Translations under genes and position numbers: made by a program | Shown: positions 45,406-55,374 of the stretch, piece by piece | How positions within the stretch are numbered: position 1 is the stretch's first letter | Layout: every line of letters starts with the position of its first letter | Assembly (NCBI GenBank): GCA_963674865.2 | Contig: CAXXYE010000009.1 | Location: forward strand, 1,088,001 to 1,152,000 | Origin: Candidatus Hydrogenedentota bacterium | GTDB taxonomy: Bacteria; Hydrogenedentota; Hydrogenedentia; Hydrogenedentales; SLHB01 | DNA length: 64,000 nt | Reading direction: 5' to 3' | The notes under the pieces: model-generated | What the model was told of the DNA's origin: nothing | The model's database searches: none | Seen by the model: the letters and a program-made list of their open reading frames with translations, nothing else

Positions 45406-46341
45406 TCACGAGCGGCTCTTTGCGCGATTAACGCGGCGTTCCCACTCCTCCTCCAACCTGGGGCGGTGTTTCCAGCGCCGGTGAAGCCACAGCCACTGTT
45501 CGGGATGGCGGCGGATTTCTCTCTCGACGATGTCCTGGCAGCGCTGCGAATTCTCGACGAGGTCTTTGCGGAGATCATCCGTCCACGTCATGGCGAGGTC
45601 AGGGAATACCTCAAGCGTGTAGCGGGCGTCGTCGTCGCGTGCCATGGTGGCGAGGTGGATTGGCGCCTTGGCGCGCACCGCGGCCATGACGGGCGCGACG
45701 GTTGCCCAACACGGCTCGCCGAAGAAGCGTACGGGCACGGCACTGACGCGCGGACTCTGATCTACCAGCACGCCGACGAGGTGTTTCTCTCTGAGAAGTC
45801 GGAGCACCTCGGCGGCGGCATTGGTCTTGGCTATAGTCAGGACGCCGCGGGAGCAGCGGAGGCGGTCAATGTGGGTGTTGAGTCGCGGGATGTCGAGCGG
45901 CCGCACCACTTCGGCTACCCTGAAGCCGCAATTCTGCAGCACGGGGGCCATCCACTCCCAATTCCCGAAATGTGCGCCGATCATCAGGGCGCCGCGGGAA
46001 GTATCGATATTCTCGACGCCTTTGAGCGTGATGTGGCGCTCGATGAAGGCGCTGTCGAGCCGCGGCATGCGCGATAGTTCGGCGGCGACGACGCCCACAT
46101 TCTTGGTGGCCTGCTTGAGGATGCGGATCTTCTCCGCCCGGGAGAGTGCAGTTCCGTAAGCCCGTTCCAGGTTTTCCAGGCCGACGCGCCGTATGCGTGG
46201 AATCAGGTAATACGCCGCCCGTGCCACGCCCCTGCCCAGCGCCCTGCTTGTGCGCAGAGGGAGGCGCCCGGTGATGCCTGTGAATGCGAGGGTCACGGCC
46301 GTGGCGAGCCACTCGTAGACACGGTGGTGGTGCCGGGACAT
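45406..46341 (-). CDS. Lipid A biosynthesis acyltransferase (LpxL/HtrB family)
   Basis: AHFGNWE, LVDQ, VRFFG, PEQWLWLHRRWK. Confidence 0.9.
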   Translation of the reverse strand: MSRHHHRVYEWLATAVTLAFTGITGRLPLRTSRALGRGVARAAYYLIPRIRRVGLENLERAYGTALSRAEKIRILKQATKNVGVVAAELSRMPRLDSAFIERHITLKGVENIDTSRGALMIGAHFGNWEWMAPVLQNCGFRVAEVVRPLDIPRLNTHIDRLRCSRGVLTIAKTNAAAEVLRLLREKHLVGVLVDQSPRVSAVPVRFFGEPCWATVAPVMAAVRAKAPIHLATMARDDDARYTLEVFPDLAMTWTDDLRKDLVENSQRCQDIVEREIRRHPEQWLWLHRRWKHRPRLEEEWERRVNRAKSRS

Positions 46342-46465
46342 GGTTAGGAATCCGGCCAGAAAGCGCGGTTCCTGGAGGGGCGCGGCCAGAAAGCGCTTGT
46401 AGGTCTTTCTGTGTCAATATCCGAAATGCTTGCTCTCCTTCGTTCGGTGGCTTTCTGCCGCACCC

Positions 46466-47833
46466 CTAGCGCTCGAGCAAGACGGTTTCGCCAAGTCCAG
46501 GCGCGAACGCGCGCGAACCGGCGCCGCCATGTTCCTGCATCCAGGCAACGGCTTCGGGGTCGCCGTGAATGAATACGACATTCTTGGGGCGGATGCGTTC
46601 GACGATGTGCGTGAGTGCGCTTCGGGTCGCGTGGGCGCTGAAGTGGAACTGCTGGATATTCTGGAGCTCAATGGGGACACGTCTCCCGCTTGTCTCAAAG
46701 CGAAATGCGTCGCCCGGCTCGGCATGGAGGAGGTGATAGCCAAGCGTGTCGGGATCGAGATAGCCGACGAAGAAGATCCCGTGTTTCTTGTGGCGAACCA
46801 TCTCCATGGCGATCATGGCGGAGGGCGTATTCTCGATCATCATACCTGCGGTGGCGACGATGATGCAGGGTTTTCGGAGAAGATCCAGGACCACCTGGTG
46901 TTCCCACACATCGCCGATGCGCTTGAAGTCCCGCAAGGGGCGGGGGATTGCTCCGGGCCGCAGGTATCCGGTGTGCTTGCAGTAGATCTCGTAGATCGCG
47001 CGGCCCAGGCCTGACGCATAGACAGGGACATCGGGAATCTCGCCGGTGCTCTGCAGGCGAGCTATCAGGTTGAGCTGTTCTTGTGTCCGGCCGAGGGCGA
47101 ATGCCGGGATCAACGCTACGCCGCCCCGGCGGAGGACGCGGGTGATCTCGCCCGCAAACCTTGCGGACTCGACCTCGGGGCGGATGGCGTCGGCCTCTTC
47201 GTTGGCGCCGTAAGTGGACTCGATCACCAGTGTGTCGACTTGAACATCGGGGTCGAGGGGCGTAAGTCCGGCCATGAGTTCCTGGTCGGTGGTGCAGATA
47301 TCGCCCGTGTAGAAGAGAACGTGGCCCGGGGCGCGGAGAAGCACGCTGGCGCTTCCCAGAACGTGGCCGGCATGGTGGAAAGACGCCCGTACGGGCTTGT
47401 CGAGGACGGGCACGAACTCGCGCTCCAAATCGAGGCCGTACGTGCGCCCCAGGGCGTAGTCGACATCGTCGTGCGAATAGAGGGGATATCCCTCGACGCC
47501 TTGTTCCAGGGCGAGCATCCCCATGACGGCGACGCTGTTGTGGAGCATGCGGTCCATGATGCGCACGGTTGGCGCGGTGGCATAAGGTATGGCCGAGGGA
47601 AAATGGGTCAACAGATAGGGCACAGCCCCGCAGTGGTCGATGTGTCCGTGGGTGACGACAACGGCGTCGGGCGCTTGGCGGAGCAGCGACAGGTCGGGCA
47701 ACGCCTCGACGCCCTCCTTTTTCGGGTGCATGCCGCAGTCGAGGAGAATCCGGCAGCCATCGGCCGTAAACAGAAATGAGTTGGCGCCGATTTCCGAGCC
47801 GCCGCCAATGGGTGTAAAGGTTGTCTTGGACAC
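46466..47833 (-). CDS. Metallo-beta-lactamase / beta-CASP family hydrolase (probable nuclease)
   Basis: LLDCG, THGHIDHCG, AGHVLGS, YTGD, ESTYG, PAFALGRTQE, FSAHA, IHGD. Confidence 0.9.
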   Translation of the reverse strand: MSKTTFTPIGGGSEIGANSFLFTADGCRILLDCGMHPKKEGVEALPDLSLLRQAPDAVVVTHGHIDHCGAVPYLLTHFPSAIPYATAPTVRIMDRMLHNSVAVMGMLALEQGVEGYPLYSHDDVDYALGRTYGLDLEREFVPVLDKPVRASFHHAGHVLGSASVLLRAPGHVLFYTGDICTTDQELMAGLTPLDPDVQVDTLVIESTYGANEEADAIRPEVESARFAGEITRVLRRGGVALIPAFALGRTQEQLNLIARLQSTGEIPDVPVYASGLGRAIYEIYCKHTGYLRPGAIPRPLRDFKRIGDVWEHQVVLDLLRKPCIIVATAGMMIENTPSAMIAMEMVRHKKHGIFFVGYLDPDTLGYHLLHAEPGDAFRFETSGRRVPIELQNIQQFHFSAHATRSALTHIVERIRPKNVVFIHGDPEAVAWMQEHGGAGSRAFAPGLGETVLLER

Positions 47834-47857
47834 GTTTTGAAATTCCTGAAGAAGGCC

Positions 47858-47887
47858 ATTCTAGCGGGCGCGTGCGCGGAGGTGCAA
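47858..47887 (-). promoter_or_regulatory. Putative sigma70 promoter for the beta-CASP gene
   Basis: Minus strand TTGCAC-N18-TAGAAT, 25 bp upstream of the start codon. Confidence 0.45.
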
Positions 47888-47902
47888 GCTCTCTGCCGGC
47901 CC

Positions 47903-49116
47903 CTGAGTTCTTATTGTAAGTGCAACATGGTTGGGTGAGTGCCCTTTCCCGTCGGAGCCGTTCGTCGCTCACCCCTGAGCGGCGGCGGACGGCGACAGCG
48001 GGAAGGGCCCCCCTTTGCTGTAGGTGAGTTCTGAGCACAAGGCAGACAGAACAAGGAAGGCATCGAGGAATCCGTTCGGTACACTGGGTTTTTTGCACGA
48101 ACCAAGAACCGAAAGGAGTCTCGATGCCCTATCGCCATCTTACACCAATGGAACGCGGACAGATACAAGCATGGCTTAGCCAAGGGCTGAGTCAACGGGC
48201 CATTGCCGTCCAGTTGGGCCGTAGCGCCTCGACGGTGTGCCGGGAACTGGCTCGGAATCGGGCCCCGTCCAAGGCATATTCCGCGGCGCGCGCCCAGAAA
48301 CGATACGAGCAGGTCCGCAAGACTTGCCGAAGAACCACCTCGCTCAGTGAGCCGGCGTTACGGCGCTATCTCTTCGACAAGATGACGGAAGGATGGTCGC
48401 CGGAGCAGATTGCGGGCCGCCTCTGGCTGGATTTCCCCGGCCAACCGCGCATGCGCGTCAGTCCCGAGACCATCTACCGCTCGTTGTACACCGATGAAAA
48501 GCTAGGCAATCCCTTGATCGGTTGTCTTCGACGCCGGCGGCCGCGCCGCCGCAAACGCGGGGAGCGCCGCCCCACGAGGCCCTTCATTCCCAATCGCGTC
48601 GGCATCGAGGCCCGGCCGCCCGAGGTCGCCACCCGAAAGCGCTACGGGGATTGGGAAGGAGATCTACTCGTCGGGGCCAACCAACAGGGCGCCGTGCTTA
48701 CCCTGGTGGAACGTAAGTCCTTGCTGCTACGGGCCGCACTGCTCGGCTCCCGTCATGCCGACGGCGTCGCCCAGGCTGCCATCGACCAACTCAGGCACCT
48801 GCCCGCCCACTGGACAAAGACCATCACCTTCGATAACGGCAGCGAATTCGCTCACCACAGACACATCGCCGAGGTCTTGGGCCTCGACACCTACTTCGCC
48901 AATCCCTATGCCGCCTACGAGCGCGGCACCAACGAAAACACCAACGGCCTCCTACGCCAGTATCTCCCCAAGAACACCAACTTCAGGGAAATTGCCGAAA
49001 GCCAGCTCCAAAGCTACGTCCGTCAACTTAACAACAGGCCACGCAAAAAACTGGGATACCGAACTCCTAACGAAGTCTTCAAGCTACACGCCGTTGCACT
49101 TGCTCATTGAATCCAG
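47903..49116 (+). mobile_element. IS30-family insertion sequence (~1.2 kb)
   Basis: Imperfect terminal IRs CTGAGTTCTTATTGTAAGTGCAAC and CTGGATTCAATGAGCAAGTGCAAC (reverse complement of the right end), flanked by CCC on both sides (candidate 2-3 bp target duplication). The transposase stop lies within the right IR. Confidence 0.85.
48124..49110 (+). CDS. IS30-family transposase
   Basis: N-terminal HTH (LGRSASTVCRELARN), WSPEQI, SPETIY, GDWEGD, TFDNGSEF, ERGTNENTNGLLRQYLPK, LNNRPRK. Confidence 0.96.
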   Translation: MPYRHLTPMERGQIQAWLSQGLSQRAIAVQLGRSASTVCRELARNRAPSKAYSAARAQKRYEQVRKTCRRTTSLSEPALRRYLFDKMTEGWSPEQIAGRLWLDFPGQPRMRVSPETIYRSLYTDEKLGNPLIGCLRRRRPRRRKRGERRPTRPFIPNRVGIEARPPEVATRKRYGDWEGDLLVGANQQGAVLTLVERKSLLLRAALLGSRHADGVAQAAIDQLRHLPAHWTKTITFDNGSEFAHHRHIAEVLGLDTYFANPYAAYERGTNENTNGLLRQYLPKNTNFREIAESQLQSYVRQLNNRPRKKLGYRTPNEVFKLHAVALAH

Positions 49117-49252
49117 CCCGGGCTGCCATTGTGCCGTGCTCCAAATGGACGGGCATGGCAATTGACCGGCTTCGCGGGCCGGTGATAGAGTTGGCCACAG
49201 TCCGGGCGTAGGGATTATGGGCGGCGCCTGGGGCAGCGAAGAGGTGCGTTGG

Positions 49253-50185
49253 ATGATGGTGTGGACCTTGGCGCTTTCCGCAATGCTCACAAACGCGCCG
49301 AGCCCGGGCGCAGGGGAAGAAGCCGTGGAGATAGCGGGTTTTCTGCCGGACGAGGTCTGCGGCTGGCGCGCGGCCAAGCCGGACGGATTCTATACAGCCG
49401 ATAACCTCTTCGACTATATCAACGGCGGGGCGGAGGTCTACCGCTCATTCAATGTTCGGTGTGCTCTCGGCCGGCGGTACGTCAAGCAGGGCAGCGCAGA
49501 GATCATCGCCGACGTATTCGACATGGGGTCGCCGGAGGATGCCTTCGGAGCCTATCATCACGATGTGCGCGATGGCGTATGCCCGGGTATCGGGCAAGAG
49601 TCAGAGTATGGCGGAGGGGCGCTCGCCTTCTGGAAGGGCCGGTACTTCGTATCGATCATAGCGCTGAGGGCGTCCGCGGAATCCAAGAGCGCGCTGTTAA
49701 AGCTGGGTGAGGCGGTTGCGGGAGCCATTTCCGCCGCGGGGGCCTTTCCCGAGCCACTTGCGTGGCTTCCAGAGAAGGCTCTACTTCCCGGGCAGATGCA
49801 CTATTTCCACGATCACTCTGTTCTGAAGAGCCATTACTTCCTCAGTGAGGAGAATCTCCTCGGTTTGGGCCGCGAAACGGAAGGGATTCTCGCGCGATAC
49901 CGCTCGGCGGCCGGCGGCAGCGGGACGGTGGTGGCCTTGGTTGTTCGTTATCCGGCCCGACGCAAGGCTCGGGCTGTGCATCGACGCTTCCGGGGCGTTT
50001 ACCTGCCGGACGCGGATGACGAGGGCCTGGCGCAGACGGAGGACGGCAAGTGGGCCGGCGTGGGCCTTGAGAGGAATGTCATCCTAGGCGTGTTCGACGC
50101 TCCGTCCAGGGAGGATGTCCGGGCCCGCTTGATGGAAATCCGTCGCCGTATAATTGAGCGAAAGAGGCGTGATGGGCGCAAGTGA
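49253..50185 (+). CDS. Exported hypothetical protein (DUF6599-like)
   Basis: Signal-like N-terminus. YTADNLFDYINGGAEVY, DMGSPEDAFG and FWKGRYFV motifs recalled for this family. Confidence 0.65.
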   Translation: MMVWTLALSAMLTNAPSPGAGEEAVEIAGFLPDEVCGWRAAKPDGFYTADNLFDYINGGAEVYRSFNVRCALGRRYVKQGSAEIIADVFDMGSPEDAFGAYHHDVRDGVCPGIGQESEYGGGALAFWKGRYFVSIIALRASAESKSALLKLGEAVAGAISAAGAFPEPLAWLPEKALLPGQMHYFHDHSVLKSHYFLSEENLLGLGRETEGILARYRSAAGGSGTVVALVVRYPARRKARAVHRRFRGVYLPDADDEGLAQTEDGKWAGVGLERNVILGVFDAPSREDVRARLMEIRRRIIERKRRDGRK

Positions 50186-50451
50186 AGCGCCCTGTGTGCC
50201 GGTAGGAGACGCTCCCGCAGCCGGGCAAACCTGCTTTTCACAAGGCGTCGAGTTGCAGCGCACCCACCGGCGTCTTCCTTCCTCACTTCCGTCAGGCGTA
50301 GCGTACTTCGGGGGCGGTGGAGGTGGAGATCCCGCCATCGGAACCGGTATACTCCGAGCCTGCGAGCCGCGGGCTGCGTGCAAGGTCGGCGGCGCCAAGT
50401 CTGGCAGGTAATCGTTCAGCCAAATCATAGATGAGGAAAGGTGTGGACGCG

Positions 50452-52347
50452 ATGAGTTTCCCTATTGATGTAAGCAAATACCAACCTCTGAGCCTGGATC
50501 CGGCGCAGGCGGGTTTGACGCCGGAACAGAAGACACAGCTCGATACGAATATCGGGATTGTTCGCGACACAATCATTTTCTTCACGGCCGTGGCCGGCGT
50601 CAAAGGCCTCGCGGGGCACACGGGCGGCGCATACAGCATCGTCCCTGAGGTGCTTATCGCCGACGGTTTCATGCACGGCAGCGGCGCGATGTATCCGGTG
50701 TTCTTCGATGAGGCTGGCCACCGCGTGGCAATCCAGTACGCCATGTCGGCTTTCAATGGCGAAATGCCTTTTGAGAAACTGCTGCACTATCGGGAATATG
50801 GCCATGGCCTGTTCGGGCATCCGGAACTCGACCCCGAGCTTGGGGTGAAGTTCGCTTCGGGGCGCTTGGGGCATCTGTGGCCTTTTGTGAACGGTGTGGC
50901 CAAGGCCAATCCGGACAAGACGGTTTTCTTGTTTGGAAGCGACGGCTCGCAGATGGAAGGAAACGATGCCGAGGCGGCGCGTCTGGCCGTTGCGCAGCAA
51001 CTGAACGTCAAGGTAGTGGTCGATGATAATAACGTGACTATTTCGGGCCATCCGTCGGATTATCTGCCGCACTATGACGTGGGCCGCCAACTGGCGGGCT
51101 GCGGCATGCCGGTGGACACGGGCGAGGGCGAGGACTGGGCGGCGCTGTATGCGCGAATGCAGAAGGCGGTTGCGGCACCAGGCCCCGCGGCGTTGATCAA
51201 CAAGCGAGTCATGGCCCCGGGCGTGCCGGAAATCGAAGGTTCGCACGCTGGCCACGATGTTATTAAGAAAGATCCGGCGGTTACCTATCTCTCGGAGCGG
51301 GGGTACAGCGAAGCAGTCGAGTACCTGAACGGCGTGAAAGTCGAGAAAACTTCGGTGTCTTTCCTGGGCGTCTCGCAGGAGGTAGGCAGCAACCGGACGG
51401 AATTCGGCAAGATCGTCAACGGGATTCTCGACAAAATGAGCGAGGAAGAGCGCACGGCCGAGCTCCTCGTCATCGATTCGGATCTCGAGGGCTCAACGGG
51501 CCTGAACTCGATCCGCAAGGAACATCCCGAGGTGTGTATCAACGGCGGCGTCGAGGAGCGGGGCAATTTCAGTGCGGCCGCGGGATTCGGCTTTGAGAAG
51601 GGCAAGCAGGGCATTTTCAGCACGTTTTCGGCGTTCATCGAGATGATCATCTCGGAGGCCACCATGGCGCGGCTGAATGGGGCCAACGTGATCTGCCACT
51701 TCTCGCACGCTGGCGTGGACGACATCGCCGACAACACCTGCCATTTCGGAATCAATGTTTTCTTCGGCCATAACGGACTGCCCGAAGGCGATGATACGCG
51801 GCTCTATTTCGCAGCCGACGCGCTTCAACTTAAGGCGCTCGTCGAAACCATCTGGAACGACCCGGGTGTGCGGTACGTTTTCACCACGCGGTCGAAGGTC
51901 CCCTTCGTCTTGAAGGAGGACGGCAGCAAGTTCTTCGGTGACGGGTACACCTTTGAGCCGGGCAAGGACGAGGTCCTGCGCGAGGGCAAGGCCGGTTACG
52001 TTGTGGCCTATGGCGAGATGGTGTACCGGGCACTCGACGCCGTCGAGCGGGCTCGCCAGGAAGGTATCGACGTTGGGCTGATCAACAAGCCGACGCTGAA
52101 TGTGGTCGACGAGGCTGCGCTGAAGCAGGCCGGCGGCACAGGTTTCGTGCTCTTGGTGGAAGGCCAAAACCGGAACACCGGCCTTGGTGTGAGGTATGGA
52201 AGTTGGCTGCTCGAGCGTGGGCTTGCCCCGAAGTACGCCTATCTGGGCGTCACAAGGCCGGGCAATGGTGGGACGACGGAGCAGGTTGCCTATCAGGGTC
52301 TTGCGCCGGAAGATATCCTGGCGCAGATTAAGGCTATGGCGGGATAG
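50452..52347 (+). CDS. Transketolase-like thiamine diphosphate enzyme
   Basis: GHTGG, DEAGH, GHPE, TPP motif SDGSQMEG...DDN, DSDLEGSTG, GVEERGNFSAAAG, CHFSH, C-terminal domain. Confidence 0.85.
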   Translation: MSFPIDVSKYQPLSLDPAQAGLTPEQKTQLDTNIGIVRDTIIFFTAVAGVKGLAGHTGGAYSIVPEVLIADGFMHGSGAMYPVFFDEAGHRVAIQYAMSAFNGEMPFEKLLHYREYGHGLFGHPELDPELGVKFASGRLGHLWPFVNGVAKANPDKTVFLFGSDGSQMEGNDAEAARLAVAQQLNVKVVVDDNNVTISGHPSDYLPHYDVGRQLAGCGMPVDTGEGEDWAALYARMQKAVAAPGPAALINKRVMAPGVPEIEGSHAGHDVIKKDPAVTYLSERGYSEAVEYLNGVKVEKTSVSFLGVSQEVGSNRTEFGKIVNGILDKMSEEERTAELLVIDSDLEGSTGLNSIRKEHPEVCINGGVEERGNFSAAAGFGFEKGKQGIFSTFSAFIEMIISEATMARLNGANVICHFSHAGVDDIADNTCHFGINVFFGHNGLPEGDDTRLYFAADALQLKALVETIWNDPGVRYVFTTRSKVPFVLKEDGSKFFGDGYTFEPGKDEVLREGKAGYVVAYGEMVYRALDAVERARQEGIDVGLINKPTLNVVDEAALKQAGGTGFVLLVEGQNRNTGLGVRYGSWLLERGLAPKYAYLGVTRPGNGGTTEQVAYQGLAPEDILAQIKAMAG

Positions 52348-52385
52348 CGCCGCAGCGAGCGCCTGACAGACTGAAACGGTTTCTC

Positions 52386-52418
52386 AAGACGGAGCATTTT
52401 GCTCCGTCTTCTTTATTT
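52386..52418 (+). terminator. Intrinsic terminator
   Basis: AAGACGGAGCA-TTT-TGCTCCGTCTT followed by CTTTATTT, between convergent genes. Confidence 0.75.
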
Positions 52419-52478
52419 GTGCACGTCTCCATTTGCTGTGATGGCAGGCAGGCATTGCCGTAGTATCTGGCTGTTGCC

Positions 52479-53354
52479 TCAGGGGCCGGCTTGGTCCTGG
52501 TACATTTGCCAGAAGAGTATCCACGGGTCGAGCATTACAGTCTCGCCTTCATCGTGGATCTTGAAGACGAAGTGGCTGTGGTCAGCGGCGCCGGACAAGA
52601 CTCCCGCGCCGTGGGCGAATTGCCGGCCCTTCGGAATGAGCTCGTGTTCGGATACGGTAAGCGCCGTCATGTGGTGGGCCTGAAGAATCCATTCCGAGCC
52701 GTTTTCCCAGCGATGGATGCCGCGCCACCGGTTGTTGTTGTGGCCCATGTCGAGGCTGTTGAAGTAGAAGTGGTCGTGGATGTCCAGGGGCGCCCATAGC
52801 GGAGTGCCCTGGGGGTGGTTGATATCAAGCCCGCCGTGGGCTGAGGCCCCGTTGTATGCCCCCAGCCAGCAGTCCTCGCCCCGGTAGCACTCCTCGATTC
52901 GCAAGCCGCCTTCCGGAAGGGGACACCACGGGTGAAGGAGCTCCGGACAGATGCGGGCGGATGTCTCCTGAATGCCGAAGCGGGCGTGTCTGCTGGGCCG
53001 GCAGGCGCCGTGAGCCTCTTCGAGGAACTCGAAGATGTCCTCCACGGCGTCAAACCAGATGCGGACTCCGCCGATTGTCCACGGCGCGTAGAAGCTCCGC
53101 TGCGTGGACACTTCCCGCTCGAGGCAGTGCTCCTCGCCGTCGATTCGCAGACGGCACTCGAATTGGTAGTCGGTGCGCGCGCCGGACTCCTCGACCTTCA
53201 ACTCGCGGAGGGTGGTTCGTGAAATGGTCGCGCTCGTCGCAATCAACAGGATCTCCACTGTCTCGCCGGAGGTGAGGGTGAACTGGAGAACATCGCCGCA
53301 ATTCATCTCAACGGCGGTGAGTGTGTCTTTGGCTCGTTTCCGTATGATAGGCAT
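52479..53354 (-). CDS. Hypothetical protein with C-terminal M23/LytM-like metallopeptidase motifs
   Basis: HGGLDINHPQGTPLWAP (HxxxD) and DHSHF (HxH). No signal peptide. ATG at 53354. Confidence 0.6.
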   Translation of the reverse strand: MPIIRKRAKDTLTAVEMNCGDVLQFTLTSGETVEILLIATSATISRTTLRELKVEESGARTDYQFECRLRIDGEEHCLEREVSTQRSFYAPWTIGGVRIWFDAVEDIFEFLEEAHGACRPSRHARFGIQETSARICPELLHPWCPLPEGGLRIEECYRGEDCWLGAYNGASAHGGLDINHPQGTPLWAPLDIHDHFYFNSLDMGHNNNRWRGIHRWENGSEWILQAHHMTALTVSEHELIPKGRQFAHGAGVLSGAADHSHFVFKIHDEGETVMLDPWILFWQMYQDQAGP

Positions 53355-53376
53355 GGCTGAACTTGGGGCGCCTTTC

Positions 53377-53733
53377 TCACTTCTTGATGGCCTGCCGCCC
53401 ACTCTCGGCCATCTTCGCAGCATGTTCCGAAATCCCAAGAGCGCGGATCTGCCGGATGCACGCGGCGCGGTCGGAGCGCAGGAGCAGGCTGAAAAGTTTG
53501 GCGATTATCGTGTTAAACTTCGCGCAGTCACTGGCGTCATCGAACTCAGTGCAGTCGGCACAAGAGAAGAACCGACTCTCCACGCAGCAGGTTCTGACTT
53601 TGCACCAACTCGCGCGGCTGTTCTGATGGCAACCTGGGCACTTGCCTTTCAGGTAAGCTCTGCAAGCGCCGCAGTACAGTCCGCAGTACGCGACCAACGT
53701 GTCGTCCGGCGCGATCCCTTTCCTTGGTGCCAA
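53377..53733 (-). CDS. Cys-rich protein (DUF3795-like)
   Basis: YCGLYCGAC, CPGC, CKVRTCC, CADC. AAGGAGGT RBS before a TTG start. Confidence 0.8.
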   Translation of the reverse strand: MAPRKGIAPDDTLVAYCGLYCGACRAYLKGKCPGCHQNSRASWCKVRTCCVESRFFSCADCTEFDDASDCAKFNTIIAKLFSLLLRSDRAACIRQIRALGISEHAAKMAESGRQAIKK

Positions 53734-53969
53734 ACGATCACCTCCTTCGCCAATGGGCGGTTCCGCGTGCGCTCGCCGGATAGGACTAGCGTGCGTTGAG
53801 CATAGTCGTCCGGACCTCTCCGTACAAGCAGGTGTGCGCTCGCCGGCTCCAAGAGAAAGGGCGATGGCGGCCTCGTCCGAGTTACATCACCAGGGACATA
53901 TTCTATATAGTGCACATATACCGGGGTCACAAGCGTGCAACGCAGAACGGCGCAGGGAGGCCGAACTTT

Positions 53970-55189
53970 ATGGGGCAGTTTACGTACGCCGCGGTACGCG
54001 AGCCGGATACGGTGATTGAGGGGGAGATAGAGGCGGAAGACACGTGCGCTGCCGCCGCAGCCTTGGTGGGCCGGGGCTATCATGTGTTGCACATCGCCAG
54101 CGCGGAGGATGGCTCTCGCGGAGGTCTTTCCATCGGTTACCGAGTTCTGGGCGGACTCAGGCGACGCGACCTCACTCGCTTCATGCGAGATCTTGCTGGG
54201 CTGCGGCGCGCCGGGTTGTCGCTGGCCGTGGCGCTCGAAAAAATGGCGTCGCGTAAAGAGCTGGGGACTTGGCGTTCGCTGACCACCGGATTGCGGGCTC
54301 GCCTGGAGGATGGCTACACGTTCTCGCAGGCGCTGGCTGAATTCCCGCGCGTCTTCAATCCGATGTAGGAGAATCTGGCACAGGCGAGTGAGACGGGTGG
54401 GCGGTTGTCCGAGTCGCTGCGGCGCCTCGCGGACCTCGGAGAAAAGCGGGATGAATTCCGTTCGCGGGTCGGTATGGCCATGATCTATCCGGCGGCTATG
54501 CTGCTCGTGGGGCTAGTGACGGTCGGCGTTCTCGTATCGTTTGTTGTGCCAACGTTTGTGCGGGTCTTCGAGGAAACGGGCCAGATACTTCCGCTTCCAA
54601 CGCGACTCCTTGTCACGTTGAGTAGGTCTATGAGTTCGTGGTGGTGGTTGGTGTTATGTCTCCTCGCGGGCATGGGTTTTGCCGTGTGGCAATACGCTCG
54701 AACATCCTCGGGAAAGCTCGCACTGGACGGCGCGATTCTGAAGACGCCGCTGCTTGCGCGACTTGCGCGAAAAGGGCAAGTCGCCGCCTTTACACGGATT
54801 CTTGCCAATCTGCTGGAGAGTGCCTCCCGGCCGTACAAGCGCTGCAGATCACTGCGGACACACTTGAGAACGAGGTGTTTGCCGGTGCTGTGCGCTCAAT
54901 GGCGGCCTCAGTCCGTGACGGCGCTTCACTGAGTCACGCGGTGGGAGCGAGCGAGGCATTCCCCGGGATTGTGACGGGGGCGGTGTCGGTTGGGGAGGAG
55001 AGCGGGGACCTGAGCCGCGTGTTGCACGAGGTGGCCGAGGAAAACGAACGGGATCTGGATCGCGAGATCAAAGCAGTCATGACGCTGCTAGAGCCGCTGC
55101 TGGTGATTGTTGTCGGGGCCATGGTTGGCTTCATCGTTATGGCCATGGTCCTGCCGATTTGTGATCTTGGGAATACGCTCCAGGTATAG
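53970..55189 (+). pseudogene. Disrupted PilC/GspF-family platform gene
   Basis: Starts MGQFTYAA. In-frame TAG at 54366-54368 where Tyr is expected (FNPM*ENL), and a 1-bp deletion near 54821 (LES-GLPAVQAL resumes in another frame). Ends GEESGDL...LLEPLL. Confidence 0.88.
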
Positions 55190-55302
55190 TCCGCTTTCCA
55201 ATCAGGGCGAACACACTTAACGGTAGATGGCCGCCTTTCGTCATCAAGCCCATTCACGGTTCACGCAATCGTGGGGCGTTCCAGGGAGGGGAGAGAATAG
55301 GC

Positions 55303-55341
55303 AGAAAAAGACACGCCCACGAGATGTCCCGCGAGCGTGTC
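55303..55341 (-). terminator. Intrinsic terminator (minus strand)
   Basis: GACACGCTCGCGGG-ACAT-CTCGTGGGCGTGTC (14-bp stem with G-U pairs) followed by TTTTTCT. Confidence 0.75.
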
Positions 55342-55374
55342 CGCAACTACTCTCTAGATATCAGAAGCGCCGTA

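Noticed and set aside
46466..47833. Beta-CASP nuclease as an anti-phage defence gene
   Set aside because: Neighbours are housekeeping or envelope genes, with no defence-associated partners or compositional anomaly.
54366..54368. TAG read-through (pyrrolysine or recoding) in the pilC-like gene
   Set aside because: The same gene also has a frameshift, TAG is used as a normal stop throughout the window, and no pyl genes are visible.
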